Positions 56,905 to 64,000 of a stretch of DNA of 64,000 bases are shown in pieces. The notes under the pieces are model-generated. The model had not been told where the DNA came from and did no database searches. It worked only from the letters and a program-made list of their open reading frames with translations. Made by a program: the position numbers and the translations under genes. Location: assembly GCA_012797845.1 (NCBI GenBank), contig JAAZOH010000025.1:3767-67766 (forward strand), written 5' to 3'. Within the stretch, counting starts at the first letter, position 1, and every line of letters starts with the position of its first letter. The DNA comes from Candidatus Beckwithbacteria bacterium. Lineage in GTDB: Bacteria; Patescibacteriota; Microgenomatia; UBA1400; UBA1449.

Positions 56905-57780
56905 ATGAAAGGTGTTCAAAAATTAGCAATTGGTACTGCCAATTTTGGCTTGGACTATGGCATTAACAATGCTAACGGAAAACTTTCCTATATCCAAGTA
57001 GCTCAAATTTTAGATTTAGCTACTAAGTTAAAAATAAATTTTTTGGATACAGCCAGTGCCTATGGAAATAGTGAGCAAGTTTTAGGAAAATACCTCAGTA
57101 AAGCTAAAGCTAAAGATATACGTCTTATTTCAAAAGTCATTGTTGGGAGCCAAATAGATTTGGCTCAAGAATTAAAAAAATCATTGCAAAACTTGCATAA
57201 AAAGAAACTCTTTGGATATTTAATCCATAATTTTCAGGAGTTTAAGAAACATCCTGATATTTTCCAAGAGTTTCTTAGGCTAAAACAGCAAGGATTTGCA
57301 GAAAAAGTTGGCTTTTCTCTGTATTTCCCACAAGATCTTGAATTTTTGATCAAGCATAAAATCCAGTTTGATATTGTTCAGGTTCCGTATAATATTTTCG
57401 ATCAGCGCTTTGAACCATATTTTAAAAAACTAAAAGAAAATAAAGTTGAGATTCACTGCCGTTCCGTATTCCTTCAAGGCCTATTTTTTAAATCTACCAA
57501 AGAACTTAAGCCGCCATTAAATAAAGCTGCAACTAAACTTGAGTTTCTACAAAAAATTACAATACAACAGAAGATACCTCTTCAGACGCTTTGTTTGCAA
57601 TTTGTTGCTCTCAACCCTTTTATTGATAAAATAGTTATTGGTATTGATAGTATCAAGCAATTGCAGGAAAACGCAGATACTTTTATCCAACAAAAAAATG
57701 TGAAATATATATATAAAGAGTTGAAAAAGTTGAAAGTGGAAGATGAGAATATCATTTTGCCCTTCAATTGGAAAAAGTGA
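56905..57780 (+). CDS. Aldo/keto reductase
   Basis: LAIGTANFGLDYG, DTASAYGNSE, GFSLY, QVPYNIFD and RSVFLQG motifs. Confidence 0.9.
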   Translation: MKGVQKLAIGTANFGLDYGINNANGKLSYIQVAQILDLATKLKINFLDTASAYGNSEQVLGKYLSKAKAKDIRLISKVIVGSQIDLAQELKKSLQNLHKKKLFGYLIHNFQEFKKHPDIFQEFLRLKQQGFAEKVGFSLYFPQDLEFLIKHKIQFDIVQVPYNIFDQRFEPYFKKLKENKVEIHCRSVFLQGLFFKSTKELKPPLNKAATKLEFLQKITIQQKIPLQTLCLQFVALNPFIDKIVIGIDSIKQLQENADTFIQQKNVKYIYKELKKLKVEDENIILPFNWKK

Positions 57781-58670
57781 AGCAATTAAAATTAGGAATC
57801 ATTGGTCTTAGCGAAGGGAATGGCCACCCTTACTCCTGGTCAGCAATTTTTAATGGCTTTAATAAAGCTGTTATGAAAACTTGTCCTTTTCCGGTTATTT
57901 ACGAATATTTGAGTAAGCAACGTTTTCCTAAAGATGCAATTGCTGGTGCCAAGGTAACCCATATTTGGACCCAAGACCTAAGCATTTCCCGACACATTGC
58001 CAAAGCCTCAAATATTGTAAATATTGTTACTGATTACCAAGATATGATTGGCCAAGTTGACGCTATCTTATTAGCTAGAGACGACTCGCAAAACCATTTG
58101 AAGATGAGCCGCCCTTTCTTGCAAGCCGGCTTACCCATTTACATTGATAAACCTCTGGCCACAACCATTGCTGAGGCTAAAAAAATGTACTCTTTAGAAC
58201 AGTATGCTGGCCAGATATTTACCTGTTCAGCTCTTGCCTATGCCAAAGAACTTACGCTAAGCCCAAAAAAATTGGATAGCTTTGGTCCAATACATTTTGT
58301 CAATGCTATCACTCCTAAGTACTGGGAAACCTACGCTGTTCATATTATTGAGCCAACTCTTAATCTTTTTAAAACTAAGACTAAACATATAAAATCAGCT
58401 TCAACCCATAAGTCAAAACAAATCACTACCACAAGCATTATTTGGGATTCTGGCTTAATAACCAACTTCAGTGCATTGGGTCAAAGTGCTACTCCAATCA
58501 AAATTGAGATCTATGGACAAAATAAATCTGAGGTGTTAGTCTTTAAAGATACTTTTTTTGCTTTTAAAAAAGCTTTGGAAGAATTTATTGCTATTATTAC
58601 TAAAAAAAAGAAACCTCAAAAAAAAGAAGACGTTTTGCATTTAATTTCAATAATTGAACAAGGGCTTTAA
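57777..58670 (+). CDS. Gfo/Idh/MocA-like NAD-dependent oxidoreductase
   Basis: LGIIG..EGNGHP, VDAILL, H...PIYIDKPLA and Y.VH motifs; GTG start overlaps the upstream stop. Confidence 0.75.
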   Translation: MKQLKLGIIGLSEGNGHPYSWSAIFNGFNKAVMKTCPFPVIYEYLSKQRFPKDAIAGAKVTHIWTQDLSISRHIAKASNIVNIVTDYQDMIGQVDAILLARDDSQNHLKMSRPFLQAGLPIYIDKPLATTIAEAKKMYSLEQYAGQIFTCSALAYAKELTLSPKKLDSFGPIHFVNAITPKYWETYAVHIIEPTLNLFKTKTKHIKSASTHKSKQITTTSIIWDSGLITNFSALGQSATPIKIEIYGQNKSEVLVFKDTFFAFKKALEEFIAIITKKKKPQKKEDVLHLISIIEQGL

Positions 58671-58671
58671 C

Positions 58672-59427
58672 ATGAAAAAAACTATTTTAATCACTGGTGG
58701 TACAGGCAAAATTGGCCAGGTCTTAACAAAGCATTTTTTAAAAAAGGACTACAAGGTAATCATTACTAGTAGAAATGAACAGCAGGCCTTAAAGCTTTTT
58801 GCTAACAGTAAAAATATACCAAATCTCAGCGTTATCGAGATTGACTTAAGAGCAGATAAAGCTATCAACCATGTGATCAGCTCTCTCGAAAAACTAAATG
58901 CAAAACCTTATGCTCTTATTCACTGTGCCCGAAATTTAGAAAGCCTCAAGTACTCACCGGACTTAGAAACTAGGATCAAAAATTGGCAAGCTGAGTATTT
59001 ACTGGATGTAGTTATACCCTATGAACTTTCACTGGCAGTTGCCAAAATGAAGGAATCGAAATTAACAAATGTGGTTACCATCTCTTCAATGTATGGTGTG
59101 GTTGCGGCCAATCCTCATCTTTATACTAATCCACAAATTCAGTCTCCTGTGCAATATAGTGTAGCCAAGGCTGCTCTTATCCATGCCACCAAAGAAATGG
59201 CCATAAGATTAAGTCCACAGAAAATAAAGGTTAACTGCATATCTTATGGAGGTATTGAGGGAAGGGCTGATGAGGATTTTAAAAAGAGATATGGAAAACT
59301 TTGCCCTATTGGTAGAATGCTTACTGAAGAGGAAATTATTAAGCCAGTTGAATTTCTGATTTCTAATAGCTCCACTGCTATGCAAGGCCATAATTTGATT
59401 GTAGATGGGGGCTGGTCTATATGGTAA
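58672..59427 (+). CDS. Short-chain dehydrogenase/reductase (PtmA-like)
   Basis: ITGGTGKIG, SSMYG, YSVAK, VNCISYGG and VDGG motifs. Confidence 0.88.
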   Translation: MKKTILITGGTGKIGQVLTKHFLKKDYKVIITSRNEQQALKLFANSKNIPNLSVIEIDLRADKAINHVISSLEKLNAKPYALIHCARNLESLKYSPDLETRIKNWQAEYLLDVVIPYELSLAVAKMKESKLTNVVTISSMYGVVAANPHLYTNPQIQSPVQYSVAKAALIHATKEMAIRLSPQKIKVNCISYGGIEGRADEDFKKRYGKLCPIGRMLTEEEIIKPVEFLISNSSTAMQGHNLIVDGGWSIW

Positions 59428-60107
59428 GCAAAGTAGCTATTATCCCTGCCAGAAAAGGCTCGAAACGAATTCCTCTAAAAAACATAGTCAACTTTCATGG
59501 TAAGCCTCTCATAGCCTGGACCATAGGAGCAGCATTAAAATCAAAAGTGTTTGATGCTGTTTATGTTAGTACTGATAGTCAGAAAATCGCTAACATAAGC
59601 GAAAAATATGGAGCTAAGGTCCCTTTCCTACGTACAAAATATACAGATGATAACTCTTCGGTAAGCAGTGTGATTATTGACTTTTTGGAAAATTTAAAAA
59701 AGAAAAAAAGCAAGGAATTTGATGTAGTTTTTTCCCTAATGCCCAATTGCCCGCTTAGAACTGGCCAAGATATCATACGAGCCGATAAAAATTGTACTGC
59801 CAAAAAGGCTAGTTTTCAACTCAGCTGTTTTGAATTTGGATTTATGAATCCATGGTGGGCATTTACTCTAGATAAAAACTGCAGACCAGAGTATATTCAT
59901 AAAAGCGCTCTTAAAAAACGATCTCAGGATTTATCTAAATTATTTTGTCCCAGCGGTGCTATTTGGATTGCAAATATTAAAGCTTTGCAAAAAAGCAAAA
60001 CCTTCTATGGCCCCAATCATATTTTTTATAAATTGGGTTGGAAGAATGCAATTGATATCGATAGTAAAGAGGATTTAGAACTAGCTAAAAGCTTCTCAAA
60101 AAATTAA
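59421..60107 (+). CDS. pseF: CMP-nonulosonic acid synthetase (NeuA/PseF family)
   Basis: IIPARKGSKRIPLKN, GKPLI, VSTDS, PFLR and IDID motifs. Confidence 0.85.
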   Translation: MVSKVAIIPARKGSKRIPLKNIVNFHGKPLIAWTIGAALKSKVFDAVYVSTDSQKIANISEKYGAKVPFLRTKYTDDNSSVSSVIIDFLENLKKKKSKEFDVVFSLMPNCPLRTGQDIIRADKNCTAKKASFQLSCFEFGFMNPWWAFTLDKNCRPEYIHKSALKKRSQDLSKLFCPSGAIWIANIKALQKSKTFYGPNHIFYKLGWKNAIDIDSKEDLELAKSFSKN

Positions 60108-60108
60108 T

Positions 60109-60984
60109 ATGTTTTCTTTTAATAGTAAGTATCTCTCAAAACAATCAGCTAATATTTTATTTCTTTATTTAAAAAGTTTTTTAAATAAAGAATATACTTT
60201 TTCGAGCGAGGACCTTTTTACTCAACTACACCAACTATATTGGCAAACACCTAAAGTGGAAGTTATTAAAAAAGATAAAAATCTTCAACTACTAAAGGTT
60301 AAAAAACTGAAATTCTACTGGCCAACAAATATTCCCTTACAAGGCCTGGAATGGATTTATAATGAAGTATTTTATCCATATAAAAAAAATCCTGCTTCTT
60401 ACGATCACCCCTTATTTGATTTTAAAAAAGTAAACTGGGTCATAGATGCTGGTGCAAGTGAGGGTTTTTATACAAATTTTGCCTTTAAAAACAAAGCTAA
60501 AAAAGTAATAGCTATTGAACCCCTTTTAATTTTAAAAGAAAGCTTGCAACAGACTTTTAAAAAGGAGGTAAAAAAAAGACAGCTCGAAATTATTTCTAAA
60601 AGCTTGGGAAGAAAAAAAGGAAAGGCATATTTGAAATTTGAAAATAATTGTCTATATAACTCGAGTGTCGATGATAAAAAAGATAAAAATTATCAGAAAA
60701 CAAAAATTACTACTATTGATTCAGTTGTAAAAACAAATAAATTAAAGGGTAAGGGGATTATAAAAATGGATATAGAAGGTGGGGAAATAGATGCCCTAAA
60801 AGGTGCAGTCGATTGTTTACAGAGGAATAAACCTAAATTAGCTATAGCTGTATATCATAATCAACAAAACTACCACAAGTGCAAGGAAGTGATTTTCAAG
60901 GCTAACCGCAACTATCGGATTGAAGCTAGAGGAATGTATTGCTGGAAAACTCCGCCTAGACCTTTTATGTTATTTGCCTATTAA
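60109..60984 (+). CDS. FkbM-family methyltransferase
   Basis: IDAGASEG, AIEP, KMDIEGGE and KLAIAVYH motifs. Confidence 0.9.
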   Translation: MFSFNSKYLSKQSANILFLYLKSFLNKEYTFSSEDLFTQLHQLYWQTPKVEVIKKDKNLQLLKVKKLKFYWPTNIPLQGLEWIYNEVFYPYKKNPASYDHPLFDFKKVNWVIDAGASEGFYTNFAFKNKAKKVIAIEPLLILKESLQQTFKKEVKKRQLEIISKSLGRKKGKAYLKFENNCLYNSSVDDKKDKNYQKTKITTIDSVVKTNKLKGKGIIKMDIEGGEIDALKGAVDCLQRNKPKLAIAVYHNQQNYHKCKEVIFKANRNYRIEARGMYCWKTPPRPFMLFAY

Positions 60985-60993
60985 AATAAAAAT

Positions 60994-62613
60994 ATGCCTA
61001 TCAACAAATTTTCTCATATTTTTACTGATTTTAGTAAAAACCGGCAAAAAAATAATGCATTACTACCTTTAATAAAGGATGCAAATACAAAATATTTAAA
61101 AAATAAAAATGGTTTAAAAATACTTTTTGGTCCAAGCTTTCCTTTTGGTGAAAATTTTATATATCATGATTTACTCCTTGCTTTACTACTACACTCTCAG
61201 GGTTGCGAAATTTATTATGCTGGGGGAATTATCAATAATATCTCCCCTTCTATCTATTTAGGCGGCCAATGGTCATCAGGAAATAAGAAGACTGACTTTA
61301 AAAAAATTAAATATGGAGAATTAAAAGCTTTAAACGATTTCAAGAAACTGGGAAAGACTTATGACATGAAAAAGTACCTAAGTAAAACTGAGATAAATAA
61401 GTTAAAAGTGAATTTAGCAAAAATAAAATTTGAAGATTTGCTCAAATACAAGTTTGAAAACATAGACCTGGGGCATGATGCTATGAATAAAGTTAGAAAT
61501 CATCATCTTGTTAGTAGCATAGATCTAGTAAAAAATAAAAGGAACTTGGTTAGAGAGGCTCTTTTGAATTGCAATATGTATGAAATCTTCTTTAGAAAAA
61601 TAATTGAAGAATTAAAACCTGATAGGATTATTTCTCACGATTCCTTTTATTACCCCTGGTCAGTCCTTAGAAAAATTGCCGATTTGAAGAATATTAATTA
61701 TTACAATTATTATTTTGGTTTTAAAAAGGATGAATATATCTATGCAAACAATAAACCAGCAATGTCATTAAATACAACACCTATGTGGAAAAAAGTTAAG
61801 TCTGTACCTCTTCAAGAAAGTCAGATTAAAAAAATTGACAAAACACTTAAAAAAAGAATAAATGGCGATGTAGGCCGCTTAGGTCTTGTCAGATATTCCA
61901 ACAGTAAAGAGGTGGAAAAAATTATTAAATTTGCAAAACAAAAACCTACAGCGGTTCTATATGGCAACGTATGCTGGGATTTAAATGCACTTGACAAAGA
62001 ACTCTTTTTTAAGTCAATTAAAGAAGGTTATTTTAAAACTATTGAATATTTTCTTCAACATAAAAACTATCAACTAATCATTAAGTCTCATCCAGCAGAA
62101 GAGCATCCAAAGATCCCCATTACTGTCGAAAGCTTGGAAAGCATGATAAAAAAGAAGTATGGTTTGTTGCCAAAAAACATTATCTTGCTTCCCCCAAAAA
62201 CAGCAATAACTGCTTATGACCTATTTCCTATTACTAATGTAAGCGTAGTCTGGACAAGTACCGCAGGCATAGAAAGCGTAATTTATAATACCCCAACTAT
62301 TACTATAGCTAATACCCATTTTCGCAATAAGAATTTTACCTTAGATCCAGCTTCTCAAAAAGAATATTATTCCATTTTAGAAAAAGTGTTAATAAAAAAA
62401 ATGCATTTAGCTAAAAAAACGAAATATTTAGCATATAAATATTTTTACTATTATTTAAATTGCTTTAGCTATAACTATGGTATTCCAACGCAAAACTGGA
62501 CAGAAGCATTAAGCGAGGATCATAAAAATAAAGTCAATCACTTTTTTGAAAATAAGCGGCTAAAATATATAGTTGGCACTATTGTAAATGGTAAAAAAAT
62601 CGAATTAGTATAA
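60994..62613 (+). CDS. Capsule-biosynthesis (KpsS/Capsule_synth-like) protein, candidate CMP-ulosonate transferase
   Basis: IIKSHPAE, WD and TSTAGIES..P motifs; next to the CMP-synthetase. Confidence 0.65.
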   Translation: MPINKFSHIFTDFSKNRQKNNALLPLIKDANTKYLKNKNGLKILFGPSFPFGENFIYHDLLLALLLHSQGCEIYYAGGIINNISPSIYLGGQWSSGNKKTDFKKIKYGELKALNDFKKLGKTYDMKKYLSKTEINKLKVNLAKIKFEDLLKYKFENIDLGHDAMNKVRNHHLVSSIDLVKNKRNLVREALLNCNMYEIFFRKIIEELKPDRIISHDSFYYPWSVLRKIADLKNINYYNYYFGFKKDEYIYANNKPAMSLNTTPMWKKVKSVPLQESQIKKIDKTLKKRINGDVGRLGLVRYSNSKEVEKIIKFAKQKPTAVLYGNVCWDLNALDKELFFKSIKEGYFKTIEYFLQHKNYQLIIKSHPAEEHPKIPITVESLESMIKKKYGLLPKNIILLPPKTAITAYDLFPITNVSVVWTSTAGIESVIYNTPTITIANTHFRNKNFTLDPASQKEYYSILEKVLIKKMHLAKKTKYLAYKYFYYYLNCFSYNYGIPTQNWTEALSEDHKNKVNHFFENKRLKYIVGTIVNGKKIELV

Positions 62614-62616
62614 ATT

Positions 62617-63840
62617 ATGACTAAAGTACTATTTATAGCACCAATTCTAACTTTTCCTTATGCTGGAGGCCCTGAAATGAGTGCTCACAACGCCATCAAG
62701 GCTTTAAATAAAATTTCTGAATTGCATATTATAACAACTATGCCATTAGCTAAAATGGGTGGCAATCAAGCCTTCCAATATTATGGAAAAATATCTAAGC
62801 AATTAGATTTCACTCCAATAGCTCAGGAACAAAATTTTTTAGAAAATTATTTTATAAAAAAAATTCGAAAATATTTTTTTACGAAGGGGAAAAAAAATGA
62901 GGCAGATGATGTCAGATATATTATTAAATATTATGATCAAAATAACATCGACATTATTTGGTCCGATAGACATGAATTTTCTTACAATCTAATTTTTGAA
63001 ATAAAAAAACTAAGACCAAATATCAAAATAGTTTGCGATACAGCTGCAGTCCATTCACAATTTATTCTAAGAGAAATTCCTTTTCAAAAAGACAAGTCAA
63101 AAATTAAAAAAATAAAAAAATCTGGTAAAGAATACGAAAATTATGAGAAAAAATTGGTTAATATTGCTGATGTAACTACAGCAGTTTCAGAAATTGATGC
63201 ATCTATTTTTAAATCTTGGACAAAGCATAAAGAAAGAATATTTGTTTTCCCCAATGTGGTTGATTTAGAAAATTATAAAAAAATAAAAACATCTAACACT
63301 ATAAAAACTCCATCTCTTTTAATAGCTGGAACATTTTATGAACAAAGTCCAATGGAACATGGCACTAGATGGTTCCTAAATAATGTTTTGCCAAAAGTTA
63401 GAAAAGAGTTCCCGGAAATCTTTGTTTATATTATTGGCAAGGGTTCAGACTGGATTCTTCGAGATATTGCCGATCCAAAAATAATTATTACTGGCAAGGT
63501 AGATTCAGTTTCGCCATATTTACATAACACTAGTATTGGTTTGGTCCCTCTTCATTTTGAATCAGGAACAAGATTTAAAATCTTAGAATATGGGACAGCT
63601 TCATTACCCACAGTTTCTACAAGCCTGGGAGCAGAAGGGCTAAATCTTGGAAAAAATGTTAGCATTCTCATAGAAGATAATCCGATAAAATTTGCTCAAG
63701 TAATTATCAATCTTCTAAAAAATAAAGCCTTGCGTATTAAAATGGGAAAGAATCTTTATAAGGTTGTCAAAAAAAATTACTCTATCGATAGTCTCGCTAG
63801 TAGTGGTAGTAAAATAATTAAATATTTAATGAGTCAATAG
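62617..63840 (+). CDS. GT4 glycosyltransferase
   Basis: FPYAGG, PNVVD and ESGTRFKILEY motifs. Confidence 0.88.
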   Translation: MTKVLFIAPILTFPYAGGPEMSAHNAIKALNKISELHIITTMPLAKMGGNQAFQYYGKISKQLDFTPIAQEQNFLENYFIKKIRKYFFTKGKKNEADDVRYIIKYYDQNNIDIIWSDRHEFSYNLIFEIKKLRPNIKIVCDTAAVHSQFILREIPFQKDKSKIKKIKKSGKEYENYEKKLVNIADVTTAVSEIDASIFKSWTKHKERIFVFPNVVDLENYKKIKTSNTIKTPSLLIAGTFYEQSPMEHGTRWFLNNVLPKVRKEFPEIFVYIIGKGSDWILRDIADPKIIITGKVDSVSPYLHNTSIGLVPLHFESGTRFKILEYGTASLPTVSTSLGAEGLNLGKNVSILIEDNPIKFAQVIINLLKNKALRIKMGKNLYKVVKKNYSIDSLASSGSKIIKYLMSQ

Positions 63841-63841
63841 T

Positions 63842-64000
63842 ATGAAAATTAGCATCATCGGTCTTGGTTATGTTGGCTGTGTCAATCTAGCGTGTCTAGC
63901 TCAAAATGGACACATGATCTGGGGTGTCGATATTTCTAAAGATAAGGTGGATAAAATAAATAAAGGGGAACCAACCGTTATCGAAAAGGATTTGAAAAAA
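63842..64000 (+). CDS. Nucleotide-sugar 6-dehydrogenase (AlgD/Ugd family), truncated by window edge
   Basis: Manual translation MKISIIGLGYVGCVNLACLAQNGHMIWGVDISKDKVDKINKGEPTVIEKDL; Rossmann N-terminus resembling GDP-mannose dehydrogenase. Confidence 0.85.
   Translation, partial: MKISIIGLGYVGCVNLACLAQNGHMIWGVDISKDKVDKINKGEPTVIEKDLKK

Noticed and set aside
21140-58630. A/T homopolymers of 8 nt as phase-variation tracts
   Set aside because: Expected in AT-rich, Lys/Phe-rich genes; frames are intact and no long G/C tracts were seen.
1-64000. tRNA/rRNA genes, CRISPR arrays, transposases, integrases, defence systems, recoded stop codons
   Set aside because: None recognised. Intergenic gaps are tiny and long ORFs read through in the standard code, with TGA used as stop.

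Overview
AT-rich bacterial DNA read in the standard genetic code. It most likely comes from a Patescibacteria/CPR (Microgenomates-like) genome; this is an inference from the alpha2-type glyQS, the DUF4012 gene, GT-C abundance, ATxSA motifs and the scarcity of Shine-Dalgarno sites. The left end holds truncated glyQS with an unusually minimal glycyl T-box leader, a small membrane protein and recO. The remaining ~62 kb is one surface-glycosylation island in three parts. (1) A mostly leftward block (to ~35.6 kb) with DUF4012, a priming phosphoglycosyl transferase, manC, many GT2/GT4 enzymes, an O-antigen-ligase-like protein, a Wzx flippase and many GT-C-fold membrane glycosyltransferases. (2) A rightward block with UDP-xylose synthase, an epimerase, a mutase-like flavoprotein, tandem GT-Cs, an MprF-like flippase and an acyltransferase. 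(3) A Wzm/Wzt plus pseudaminic-acid-type cluster that lacks pseG within the window and carries extra tailoring enzymes. Best leads: the ultra-short T-box; an endonuclease-IV-like metallohydrolase where PseG is missing; a 162-bp inverted-repeat element between divergent glycan operons; an unassigned His-rich membrane protein; and a mini pyroglutamyl-peptidase-like protein. All assignments come from motif recognition by eye, and no database searches were run.
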